64,000 bases of DNA, taken from Candidatus Hermodarchaeota archaeon (lineage in GTDB: Archaea; Asgardarchaeota; Lokiarchaeia; Sigyniarchaeales; SOKP01). The position numbers were made by a program, and so were the translations under genes. Of this stretch, positions 21,739-31,699 are shown one piece after another (positions within the stretch are counted from its first letter, which is position 1; each line of letters begins with the position of its first letter). The notes beneath the pieces were generated by a model that saw nothing but the letters and a program-made list of their open reading frames with translations, was not told where the DNA came from and made no database searches. The stretch covers positions 9,062-73,061 of the forward strand of contig JBHLLG010000011.1 in the NCBI GenBank assembly GCA_048885925.1, read 5' to 3'.

Positions 21739-22155
21739 TTGCATTTGATAAATATGCTATTTCAAATATTTAATCCAGATTGGTTAGAGTCTTTAGATAC
21801 ATTCGAAGAGATTATGTGGTTTTTGCTTTTTTATCTCATATTACTATTGATAATGGCAATTTTCTTGAAAATTGCGCTCAGTTTTTTTAGTAAAGCCTCG
21901 CATACTGAATTCGGGCAAGTGTTTCTAACTTCATTTTTAATCACCATAATCTTTGCTATAGTTTTTCTGTTTTTTGGAGGTTGGCTTGGATGGTTATTAG
22001 CACTAATACTAACATGGATAATTATTAGTCTTCGACATAATACAGGATTCTTAATTGCGATAGTTATAACGGTAATTGCTTTTTTAATATATGTCCTCGT
22101 TGTTATATTAATAGGAGCATTACTTGATATAACAATTAATATCTTTCCTTTCTAA
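21739..22155 (+). CDS. Membrane protein
   Basis: Highly hydrophobic 138 aa. Confidence 0.7.
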   Translation: MHLINMLFQIFNPDWLESLDTFEEIMWFLLFYLILLLIMAIFLKIALSFFSKASHTEFGQVFLTSFLITIIFAIVFLFFGGWLGWLLALILTWIIISLRHNTGFLIAIVITVIAFLIYVLVVILIGALLDITINIFPF

Positions 22156-22295
22156 ATTTTTTATTTCTTTTTATTAATAATCTCATTCAAGGAAATCTTA
22201 GGTCTTTCATTAATAATAATTGATATTTTTTTAAGAGGAATTAAGATACGTATTTTTAAAGGGTTTTTTTGAGAATCCCAAATAATTCAAATTTT

Positions 22296-23093
22296 TCATT
22301 TAACACAAAAGATTACATGCTCTAAGGGAGTTTCGATTCTGTGTTTCCGTAAATCTTCTTTATGATTTTCTATATACAATGGATCCGCAGTCCAATTTTT
22401 CAATGCTGCAATAGCATCATTAAATTCTAAGTGAAGTCCGGTTTCTAAATATCTAACTGTAATGTCTTTAAATCCTACTTTATGCATTAGAGCGGCCAAT
22501 TCATCAGAATAAGGTGAAAACCAAGTAGGTTTTGGTAGAGATGTTTCTAAAGAATGCATATCTGCTTCAATAAATAATTTCTGTGAAATATTTTCATATG
22601 CAGAAGAATATTCAGCATGTGCCATTTGACCCTCTGTTTTCAAGACTCTATAAAATTCATTAAGAGCTTTTTCAAGCCCCACTCGATCAAGATCACAAAA
22701 TAAATCATTTGAGAAAATGAAATCAATGCTACTATTTTTAATAGCATCAAGCTCTCTTATGTCTCCTTACATAACGGTAATTAAGTTTTGAAGCATAGTA
22801 TGTTGTATTTTTTTCTTTAAAATATCTACACTCTCAGAATATGAGCCAACTGAAAGATCATAGGCTATTACTTTAAAATTTTTAATCTATTTACTAATTT
22901 TCTTAGTAAAAGGAATTCTTAGTTGACCCTCACCACATCCTACCTCAAGGATAACAGATATATCGAGATTAATGTTTTCTAAAATGAAATCTGCCAGTTT
23001 ATCACGAGTATTTATAGATATAATCCACTGAAGAATGTTCTTCCTTGTTTTATAAGGTTTTTTAAATTAAAATCCAATAATTTTGTATTTCAT
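22296..23093 (-). pseudogene. Class I SAM-dependent methyltransferase, disrupted
   Basis: Motif I ILEVGCGEGQL near 22930-22955; ALNEFYRVLK; internal stops and a frameshift. Confidence 0.7.
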
Positions 23094-23220
23094 AAGAGTA
23101 ATTAAAATGCGACAAAAAAAATTAGTTAACTAATTATGTTAATGGGATATTTTAATAACCAATTAATAGTTTTATTTAAATATAATTTCATCAAAACATA
23201 AATTGTTCATACTTAACTGT

Positions 23221-23550
23221 GTGAACGTCGAGAAGAGGTATTGTTACCTCAATACATTGGAACCGAAAGGTATTCGTAGCGATATGAAAGAAAATTGTGT
23301 GTAAAAGCGCAATTAGAACTAAAATATAAACCTTTAGGCTTATATTCGGTGTTCAATCTTACCAAATCGCAAGAATTGGAAAGGTTATCGAGAGATAACA
23401 CCATTTATAGAATAGTAAAATATTTTACAAATGGTATTTCTTTCAACGACGCCATTTGAATTATGTACTGAGTATCTCTTCATTATACGTGAAGAGAAAC
23501 AATACTGTTGCAATGAACGCCCTTAGGTTTTCAATTGCAACTTCTCGTCC
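23221..23550 (+). ncRNA. Candidate large structured non-coding RNA (~330 nt, family unrecognised)
   Basis: Terminal helix CGAGAAG/CUUCUCG, at least 8 hairpins, GAAA/GCAA/GAGA tetraloops, long-range UGAAAGAAA/UUUCUUUCA; no ORF of 60 aa or more. Confidence 0.65.
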
Positions 23551-23703
23551 CTTCTTTATTTTCTACTAAATCCCTATCATTTCATATTAGTAGAGATTTT
23601 TTCTTTTTAAAACGAAATCATTAATAATAATTAAATTCAGAAGAAAGTTTTAATTAATTTTATTATTTTTTCAATCAATAAAATTTCGAAACTTTGTTAG
23701 AAT

Positions 23704-24513
23704 TTGAAAAAGTTAACTTCCAGAAGATTTAATTTTAGGATAGATAAAATCCTCAAAAGATTGCCTGTTTTTGGTAAACTCCTTACTAGTTTATTTGGTA
23801 TCTTTGAATTGTATCTACTTGAATTATTTCGCAGAATTGACAAGAGATTTAACATCTATAGTTTTGGTATTATTAATAAATATATTTTAAGGGGGCGATG
23901 GGGAGGAAGAGTTGTTCCTTTAAATACAAATATCAGTATTGATTCAAAATTCGTCTCTTCTCGAGAAGTTCTAGAAATTCTATATCGTTCGAATGTTGCT
24001 GGGATTAGTTGGTGTTATTGTAGAGCAGTACAACGAAAATATGAAGAACCCAACTGTGAGAATCCCTTATATACTTGTATTCATCTTAGTTTTGGGAAAT
24101 CACTTTATGAAATCCCTTACAAATCATATAATCTTAAGAAAGTATCAAAAAAAAAAATTGAACGATTGTTAGAAGAATGTGATAAAAGAGGATTGATTCA
24201 TCAATTAATTTATTTTCCAAATCCGCAATTCTATTACTTAATTTGCAATTGTTGTCCATGCTGTTGCGTGGTTTTAAATAAATTTCTTAAAATTGGCGCT
24301 CCACAAATGATTAAGAGTGATTTTATAGCAAAAACAGACTTAAATACGTGTATAAGCTGTGGCACTTGCGAAAACTGGTGTTATTTTAACGCAAGATTAT
24401 TACAAAACGGAAATTTATTTTTTAATTCTAGTAGGTGTTTTGGATGTGGCATTTGTGTCTCAAAATGTCCAAATAATGCTATAATTTTAATTAAAAAAGA
24501 ATCATCCAATTAA
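23704..24513 (+). CDS. 4Fe-4S binding protein
   Basis: CYCR, ICNCCPCCC and two CxxCxxCxxxC motifs. Confidence 0.85.
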   Translation: MKKLTSRRFNFRIDKILKRLPVFGKLLTSLFGIFELYLLELFRRIDKRFNIYSFGIINKYILRGRWGGRVVPLNTNISIDSKFVSSREVLEILYRSNVAGISWCYCRAVQRKYEEPNCENPLYTCIHLSFGKSLYEIPYKSYNLKKVSKKKIERLLEECDKRGLIHQLIYFPNPQFYYLICNCCPCCCVVLNKFLKIGAPQMIKSDFIAKTDLNTCISCGTCENWCYFNARLLQNGNLFFNSSRCFGCGICVSKCPNNAIILIKKESSN

Positions 24514-24562
24514 TTTATTATAAAGAAAAGATAAGAAACATTTTAATATTATTAAAAAGTAT

Positions 24563-25042
24563 CTATTCTATTTCAGTTCCACATTTTGGACATATTTTTG
24601 CATTTTCCTCCATTTTATTTCCACAATATGGACAAAATCTGATTTCTGACCGATCTTCAAAAGGATATTCATTAGTTAAATCTGATTTTGAAGATTTACT
24701 AACTGTATGAAGTAATGAAAACAAATGAGAAAAAAGTCCAGAATACCAAGATTGCTTAAGTTTCTCCACTCTAAAAATAGTGCGTGCTAGTGGTTCTGCT
24801 TCAACTCTAATTAAAGATTGGTTTCCTTCTAATTCAAAAAAACTAATTCGAATCCGTTTTTTCCAATTTGGGTCATGACCCGTATTAGTCATCATTGTTC
24901 CTTGTTTCGCTTCAATGAATGTAGGAGGTGTTGATCTTTTAATTTTAGCTTTTCGTTGACTAGTTAACCACTGCATTGTAATTTCAAATGCTTTTTTACT
25001 ATCAATTTTAAGATTTTCCTCATAAATTACTGAAATTCTCAT
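24563..25042 (-). CDS. Zinc-ribbon domain protein
   Basis: C-terminal CPYCG...CPKCG. Confidence 0.75.
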   Translation of the reverse strand: MRISVIYEENLKIDSKKAFEITMQWLTSQRKAKIKRSTPPTFIEAKQGTMMTNTGHDPNWKKRIRISFFELEGNQSLIRVEAEPLARTIFRVEKLKQSWYSGLFSHLFSLLHTVSKSSKSDLTNEYPFEDRSEIRFCPYCGNKMEENAKICPKCGTEIE

Positions 25043-25181
25043 AGTTTAATCTTCAATTTTGCTATAATTTATATAAATAAAGCGATTTGATATAATTTTT
25101 TTCCTATTTAAATTGAAAATTTAGCGATTTAATAAAACGCATGAATAAAATAAAGAAAATTAATAAAAAAATTTAGCATTA

Positions 25182-26468
25182 TTATTTACGAATAGGTGGT
25201 TTAGTCAGAAACGCTAATATTGCAGCCGCTACTGACATAGTTCCCATTACTATAAACAAAATCAAATAACTCCCGAATGCTGTAACTAATAGATTCACAC
25301 CTACTGCGCCAATAAAACCTGCAAGACCATATGATGTAAAAACCATTCCATAGTTAGGGCCTAAGTTCTTAGCACCAAATAAGTCAGCAGTAGCTGTAGG
25401 AAATAAGCTAAAATTCCCACCAAAGCAGAAATAGATTGCACAGGTCATTATCAGAAAATAAATTTCATTGAAGTTAGTTGTAAAGTAAATAAACAATAAA
25501 ATTGCTTGTATAGAAAACATCAATAGCATTGCTTTTTTATAAGTTATTAAATCGGCCATTTTACCCCATACTATTCTTCCAAGACCATTAAATAATGCTG
25601 CTAAACTACCTATTAGTACAAAATCAGCTGTTCCAATAACATAAATAAAATTATCACCTGCATCAACTGTTTTTGCAAAGGAAGCATAAGATCCAATAAC
25701 CATTAGGCCCGATATGGCACTTAATACAAAAGTTGCCCAAAGCATCCAAAATTGAGGCAGTTTTATTGTTTTTTTTCGCTCAAATTCGAGTCCAGATATT
25801 CCACTTTTCTCTGATGGGGGTGGTGATTCCCAACCTTCAGGTTGCCAACCTTCAGGCGGGTTACTTAATGTCATTGCCCCTCCAATAATCAGTATTAAAT
25901 AAATAATTCCAAGAATGATGAACATCAAAGGAATATTTTGGGATATTGTAGAAACAAAATTGGGGTGATCAGTTTCTAGATTAGTAGGATTGGCAAGTGC
26001 CTTTATTACATAATTAAAAATGAACGAACCTGCTCCAAATCCCGCTACTGCAATTCCATTTATTAATCCTTTTTTATCTGGAAACCATTTACTTGCCGAT
26101 GCGATAGGGCATACATAACCAAATCCGATTCCCATTCCAAAGATAATACCATATGTAATTAGTAATCCAACAAAAGTGGTCATAAATGCTGACACTATAA
26201 CTCCTCCGCCCATAAAAACTCCACCAAGAATAGCAATATTTCTTGGACCATATTTTTGTTGTAGTTGTCCAGCAAAAATCATTGTTATGGCAAAGGATAG
26301 TAACCCAACACCAAATACATATACAGTTAATTCCTTTATTTCATTTAAATAGGGACTAATAAATATAGTAAGTGTCCCCCAAGAATATATTGACCCCAAG
26401 GCAAGTTGGATCAAAATAGCTCCGATAACAACAATCCAACGATTTCTAACTTTTTGTTCCTCAGACAT
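25182..26468 (-). CDS. OFA-family MFS transporter (oxalate/formate antiporter-like)
   Basis: KWFPDKKGLINGIAVAGFGAG; NGLGRIVWG; DLFGAKNLGPNYG. Confidence 0.9.
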   Translation of the reverse strand: MSEEQKVRNRWIVVIGAILIQLALGSIYSWGTLTIFISPYLNEIKELTVYVFGVGLLSFAITMIFAGQLQQKYGPRNIAILGGVFMGGGVIVSAFMTTFVGLLITYGIIFGMGIGFGYVCPIASASKWFPDKKGLINGIAVAGFGAGSFIFNYVIKALANPTNLETDHPNFVSTISQNIPLMFIILGIIYLILIIGGAMTLSNPPEGWQPEGWESPPPSEKSGISGLEFERKKTIKLPQFWMLWATFVLSAISGLMVIGSYASFAKTVDAGDNFIYVIGTADFVLIGSLAALFNGLGRIVWGKMADLITYKKAMLLMFSIQAILLFIYFTTNFNEIYFLIMTCAIYFCFGGNFSLFPTATADLFGAKNLGPNYGMVFTSYGLAGFIGAVGVNLLVTAFGSYLILFIVMGTMSVAAAILAFLTKPPIRK

Positions 26469-26669
26469 TTTTCACTTCACATCAAAAATTTAATGAGTCT
26501 AAGAATTAGTAAAAAGATAAAAAAGTTTTTCTAATATTTTAAAAATTAAATATTAAACTGTTTGATTATGTTCTCAGAATATCTCAAAGCCTTTTCCCCA
26601 ATCTAAAAAATAATTTAAGTATGATATATTCAAAAGCTTTATATAAAACATAATCTTAAATTGTAAATT

Positions 26670-27665
26670 ATGAGGTTTATTTCTGGGTTAAAAAGTCTAT
26701 CAAAAAGAATTCTATTACTGATAATTGTTATACTCTTCATTATTTCTTGGTTTTTATTCACTTTAAGCATTAATGTTATACCAAATAACACTTTTAGATT
26801 TATACTAATATCTTTTATAGGGTTCTTAGCAGGATTCGCCTTTGTACTCTTAATTTTATCGCTTTTTTTTGATATTGATAAAAGAGGAAAGGTTCTTGTA
26901 ATAATTGCACTAATTTCAACAATTCCAGTTATGTTTATTTTTAGTGGGATTATTGAATGGTTTTTTTCTTTCTGCCTAATAGCTAATCTTATTTTAACAG
27001 CTTTTTTTGCATTTAAATTTTGTAGAGACTCTTCTATAAAAGTTGATGATTATTTATATAATAAAAAAAGTTCTAGAATATTTACACGAATAATAGAGTT
27101 CTTACTTTTTGGATTATTAAATTGGTGGTTTATATCAATAACTATAAGATATTTTGCTAGTTTTAGTCAACCAGGAATTCAACGCTTAGCACAAGTCTTC
27201 TTTATTCTCTTTTTAATACATTTGACACTAATAGGTTTTGTCTTAATTAGATTACTCTTTATACAAAAACTAGCGGCTTTTATTTCCTTTTTTAATTTAT
27301 TGACATTTTTCTATGTTATTTATCTTTTAGTTAGTCTCTGGGCTGATTTCATTTTCATAGATAGTATGGGATATGATTTTTTCTCATTTTTTATTGATTT
27401 TCTTTTATTTATTTATATTATAGGTTCCATCTATGACAGGATTGATTATATTAAGAAAATACTTGTAATTTTTGGAGCAGATACAATTGCTTTATTTTTA
27501 ATTTTAATGAAACTTGTTGTTCAAGTTATTAGTATTAAGCAAGAATTCATTACATCGGAAGAATTTATTATAGGTCAGGTACAAATATTATGGATTTTCT
27601 TTGCAATATTTACTCTATTAGTTGGCATATATACTATTTTTAAACATAAAGAGGGTAAGGGCTAA
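26670..27665 (+). CDS. Polytopic membrane protein
   Basis: About 10 hydrophobic segments. Confidence 0.75.
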   Translation: MRFISGLKSLSKRILLLIIVILFIISWFLFTLSINVIPNNTFRFILISFIGFLAGFAFVLLILSLFFDIDKRGKVLVIIALISTIPVMFIFSGIIEWFFSFCLIANLILTAFFAFKFCRDSSIKVDDYLYNKKSSRIFTRIIEFLLFGLLNWWFISITIRYFASFSQPGIQRLAQVFFILFLIHLTLIGFVLIRLLFIQKLAAFISFFNLLTFFYVIYLLVSLWADFIFIDSMGYDFFSFFIDFLLFIYIIGSIYDRIDYIKKILVIFGADTIALFLILMKLVVQVISIKQEFITSEEFIIGQVQILWIFFAIFTLLVGIYTIFKHKEGKG

Positions 27666-27769
27666 TATCATTTTAATAAAATCTAAAATAATAAGTAACT
27701 TTTTTTTTATTTCATTCCTCTTTAATTTCTAGAGATATAAAAAAACAACTAAAGAAATTAATAGAGATT

Positions 27770-28012
27770 ATGAGTGAAATTGAATTAAGTCGATCAAAAA
27801 ATAGAAGGATACTATTCATTATATTTTTCTCTGTTGCTGCCTTGATAACTATAATTACCGTAATAACAGTTGTGTTTTTTAGTGCAGAGAATGGAGGAGG
27901 AACTGGATGAGGATGCATAATTTTATTTTCAAAAGTAATGAATTCTGTAAATTATCGAAATTTAACGTGGTTAAACAAACAAATGTTTAGATTTTTAATT
28001 TATTTAATATAA
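27770..28012 (+). CDS. Candidate novel 80-aa single-pass membrane selenoprotein (Sec47, GGGTG-U-GC)
   Basis: ATG 27770, in-frame TGA 27908-27910, TAA 28010-28012, followed immediately by a SECIS. Confidence 0.7.
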
Positions 28013-28013
28013 A

Positions 28014-28082
28014 TACCGAATGGAATGATGCTTGCGAATAAATTTTAGTGGCAGGAGGACCAACCTTGCAATGGTTTCGGTA
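28014..28082 (+). promoter_or_regulatory. Eukaryote-type SECIS element
   Basis: UACCGAA-UGGA-AUGA-UGCUUGCGA-AUAAAUUUUAG-UGGCAGGAG-GA-CCAACC...GGU-UUCGGUA; same architecture as the hdrA SECIS. Confidence 0.8.
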
Positions 28083-28259
28083 ATAAAAGTTGATATCAAG
28101 AAAAAGATTATGAAGTTGGTTAAATATTAAACAATTCACCTCTATTAAAATAATTTGTACTTTTATAAAATTAGAGGTTTATTCTTTTTTTTACTTTTAA
28201 ATCAAGTATAATCAAATTATAAAGTAAATATTTAAAAGATCTATGATTATTCGATAAAT

Positions 28260-28412
28260 ATGTCAGATGCAACCTTAATAGTAAATGAAAGAAAAATCCC
28301 TCTTAAAGATTTTATGCAAGAAATGCTTACAAATATCATTCTTGGTTATATTAAATCAACAAGAGGTATACCGGAAAATATAGAAACAATAAAAATTGAA
28401 ATTAATTTATAA
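28260..28412 (+). CDS. 50-aa protein resembling the MobB C-terminal domain
   Basis: MSDATLIVNERKIPLKDFMQEMLTNIILGYIKSTRGIPENIETIKIEINL*. Confidence 0.65.
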   Translation: MSDATLIVNERKIPLKDFMQEMLTNIILGYIKSTRGIPENIETIKIEINL

Positions 28413-28479
28413 ATTCTTATTTTTTTTAATTTTTTAAATATGAATTAAATCAATTCTAAAAAAAAAAGAGATTTTATAA

Positions 28480-29790
28480 TTATAATTCTTGAATTGCTTT
28501 TTGTTTGGCTAATTTTTCCTCTTCGGCTAGTTCCACTTCTCCTCTTCTAACTAAGAACATAAAAACAAGAGCAGCAATGAAGAAAAATGAACTTACTAAA
28601 AGTAAAGTATAATTACCAAGTACATCTGTTAAAGACCCCACCATAAATGGGCCTAGAATTGCAGCCATAAAACTAAAGAAATAATAAACTCCTGTATATG
28701 TTCCAATCTTTTTACTTGAAGGAGCCATCTGCCATACAATTACTATTGAATTGATATTAATGAAGGCCCAACCAATACCAGCAACAAAAAGGATTATTGT
28801 TATTACAGTTATTGTTTGAATTGAAAAACCTATAATCAACGCTGCAATGAAAATAATCAAACCGATTTTAATAGTTGTTCTTCTACCTATTTTTGAGCCT
28901 AAAATACCTGCTGGAAGTGCCGATAAAAGAAATGCGACAGCAACATACGTTAACATAAAACCAGCATCACCACGTTCCAATCCCAATACATCCATTCCAT
29001 AAACAGTAAAAAGTGCTTCTAAAGCTTGATATCCTACAAACCATGAAAATATAGCAATTAGCATAAATAATGTAGATTTATCCTCTTCTGATAGAATATC
29101 CTTAAAACTTTCAATTAGATTAGGTCTTTCTGCTTTATCTTTAATTTTTTCACCTTCAGTTCCTTCCCTTTCTAAAAGTAATTTATAACTATAGGATTCT
29201 TTTTCTTTTATGGTAAATAAAAGTACAACCAACGATAACACCATTATTATTGCAACTGCTAAAAAAGCTGCGAATAAACTTATGGGGACTAAAACTAAAT
29301 TGAAAACATATGCAATTAAAGCCCCAATTCCGCCCATAAAATTAATTACTGCATTTCCTTTGCTTCTATTAGCAGGTTTTACAAAATCAGGCATAAGAGC
29401 TACAGCTTGAGATCTATAGGAAGCCATACTTATATTAAAAAAGAACATCCATAAAAGTAATAGCCACAAAGGATCTTGTGATGAATTAATAGTCGATATC
29501 ATTACAAAGAATATAGCAGCTAAGGGAATTCCAATAATTAAATAAGGTATTCGCCGACCAAGTCGAGTACGTGTATTATCGGATATAGTTCCCATAATGG
29601 GCTGGATAAATACACCTATGATATTATCCATTGCCATCCATGCCCCAACAAGAGCATAAGAACCTAGATATTCAAAAAGAGATATATTAACTTGTGTATT
29701 ATACATTGACCAAGCTATTCCCGTTGTAAAAAAAGCTAATCCAATGAAAGCAGTTTGCTTTAAATTAAATTTTTGTGCAGATTCTGACAT
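28480..29790 (-). CDS. MFS sugar transporter (SLC45/MalT-like)
   Basis: QPIMGTISDNTRTRLGRRIPY; 12 TM. Confidence 0.85.
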   Translation of the reverse strand: MSESAQKFNLKQTAFIGLAFFTTGIAWSMYNTQVNISLFEYLGSYALVGAWMAMDNIIGVFIQPIMGTISDNTRTRLGRRIPYLIIGIPLAAIFFVMISTINSSQDPLWLLLLWMFFFNISMASYRSQAVALMPDFVKPANRSKGNAVINFMGGIGALIAYVFNLVLVPISLFAAFLAVAIIMVLSLVVLLFTIKEKESYSYKLLLEREGTEGEKIKDKAERPNLIESFKDILSEEDKSTLFMLIAIFSWFVGYQALEALFTVYGMDVLGLERGDAGFMLTYVAVAFLLSALPAGILGSKIGRRTTIKIGLIIFIAALIIGFSIQTITVITIILFVAGIGWAFININSIVIVWQMAPSSKKIGTYTGVYYFFSFMAAILGPFMVGSLTDVLGNYTLLLVSSFFFIAALVFMFLVRRGEVELAEEEKLAKQKAIQEL

Positions 29791-29940
29791 ATTTTTATGA
29801 CAAATTTTTTGTAATTAAATGATTATTTATTAAATCTTAAAGTATTTAAAAGATCTATCTAACGAATTTATCTTTAAAAAAGAAATTGTATAAAATTATA
29901 AAAGAAGCTCATTTAAGGAAAAAAAAATAAAGAATTTTAA

Positions 29941-30426
29941 CTAGAGTGAATTTGTTCTCAATTTTTTTATTGCATCTGTAAAAAATCCAAAATCCCCAAT
30001 CTCCGGTTCTTTTTCAGATTTTTTAATTCTATTAAAGTATTCTTCAATTTGTGTAAATAAAATATTTTTAAAAGAAGTAAATTGACTTATTTCCGAATAA
30101 CTATCATTTATTTCTTTACGATATAACGAATAGAACATATCTAATGATTTTTCGGCTTCATCTCTAATGTTATGTTTAATAATCTCCTTATCGAGTATAG
30201 CAACAAAAATCAGATTATATTTATAAACGACAATCATATCTACATCAAGTCCTTTGATATTTATCTCTTCAATTTGCCCTAAGTTCTCTCCAAACAAACC
30301 CAATGCCCCAACAAAAGAAGACAACAGCACTGGATTAATCTTTGTGTCTAAAATAAGATCTAATAAATATTCTCCTGACTCTTTACAAATAACAATACCT
30401 TTTAGGAGTTTAGAATCTCCAGTAAT
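29941..30426 (-). CDS. Longin/roadblock-like domain protein (probable ATT start near 30426)
   Basis: In-frame extension ITGDSKLLKGIVICKESGEYLLD...INPVLLSSFVGAL fits the longin beta-beta-alpha pattern. Confidence 0.65.
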   Translation of the reverse strand: MTGDSKLLKGIVICKESGEYLLDLILDTKINPVLLSSFVGALGLFGENLGQIEEINIKGLDVDMIVVYKYNLIFVAILDKEIIKHNIRDEAEKSLDMFYSLYRKEINDSYSEISQFTSFKNILFTQIEEYFNRIKKSEKEPEIGDFGFFTDAIKKLRTNSL

Positions 30427-30587
30427 AATAATCCCTGTTATTATTATTTTTTTATATTCTAAGTTACTTAAGTTAATTCAATTTAATAAAATCTTTTGAT
30501 ATAAAATTTTAAAATATGTATATTATCTAGAAAATAGGTATATAATTCAAGTATGATTGAAATTGAATAGAAATGTTGAAAAAGGAA

Positions 30588-31439
30588 TTATTTTTCTAAA
30601 ATTTCTCTTATTCTTTTAACAGATTCCTTAAAGGCTTTAGCTGATTTACTTTCAGGATATTTTAAGATAAATGGTAATCCTTGATCACTTTGCTGGCTCA
30701 CCTCGATTTCAAATGGTATTTTACCGAGTAATGATATATCGAAATCATTGCTTGCTTTTTCAGCACCACCAGGGGGGTATAAATCAATATATTCTCCACA
30801 GTGTGGACAATTAAAACCAGACATATTTTCAATTATACCTAAAATCTTTCTATCCATAACCATAGCCATTTTTATCGTCTTTCGAGCATCCATTAAAGCT
30901 ACTTCCTGTGGAGTTGTTACAACTATTACATTCTCATCTGGAATAAGCTGGAGTATGTCTAAAGTTTCGTCAGAGGTTCCTGGAGGTAAATCGCATATAA
31001 GATAATCAAGCTCTCCCCATTCTGCATCTCCTAAAAATTGTCTTACAGCACTCATCTTCATTGGTCCTCTCCAAATCACTGGTTCATCTGGTGAAAGAGT
31101 CAAAAATGCCATACTCATTACTTTCATTTTTAAAGGTCCATCAATAGGATAAAATCTTTTAGCTTCAGAATCTACTCTTGGTTTTAGCTCGGGGCTAATT
31201 CCAAGCATTTTTATAACATTTGGTCCAGTGATATCCACATCAAGAATTCCCACTCTTAGTCCTACACTAGCTAGACTCATAGCAAGGTTAATTGCTACTG
31301 TAGTTTTTCCTACACCACCTTTCCCTGAAATTATAACGATTTTATGTTTAATTTTATCCATATTTTTTTTAAGATTTTTTTCTCTCTCATTTATCATCAT
31401 TTCTTTTAAATCTATATCTGGAAGTTCTTGTTCTGGCAT
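30588..31439 (-). CDS. mrp: Mrp/NBP35 Fe-S cluster carrier ATPase
   Basis: SGKGGVGKT, VIWRGP, DLPPGTSD, ENMS..CPHC. Confidence 0.92.
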   Translation of the reverse strand: MPEQELPDIDLKEMMINEREKNLKKNMDKIKHKIVIISGKGGVGKTTVAINLAMSLASVGLRVGILDVDITGPNVIKMLGISPELKPRVDSEAKRFYPIDGPLKMKVMSMAFLTLSPDEPVIWRGPMKMSAVRQFLGDAEWGELDYLICDLPPGTSDETLDILQLIPDENVIVVTTPQEVALMDARKTIKMAMVMDRKILGIIENMSGFNCPHCGEYIDLYPPGGAEKASNDFDISLLGKIPFEIEVSQQSDQGLPFILKYPESKSAKAFKESVKRIREILEK

Positions 31440-31699
31440 ATTTTTTAATTACTCCAATTTAATTTATTAATTATTTAATTGTTAGTTGCTTAATTTAAGA
31501 AAAAATGTAAATTGCTTTAACTCTTTTGCTAATAATTTATGAACTTTTTCTAATTTGCAGTTATAATTTTAATTTTCATTATAGGTATTTTATAATAAAT
31601 AAACTAAAGAAATTAATAAATTTCAAAATATTATTCATTACTGGAAAGCTTATAAAATTTAAATCATTAAGGTGTTTTTGAATTCCAGTAAGTAATTTT

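Noticed and set aside
23221-23550. Assignment as RNase P, SRP RNA, group II intron or CRISPR
   Set aside because: Diagnostic motifs and repeat-spacer periodicity were not seen by eye; a highly divergent member cannot be excluded without cmscan.
27712-27918. Listed 68-aa minus-strand ORF
   Set aside because: Antisense shadow of the + strand selenoprotein candidate.
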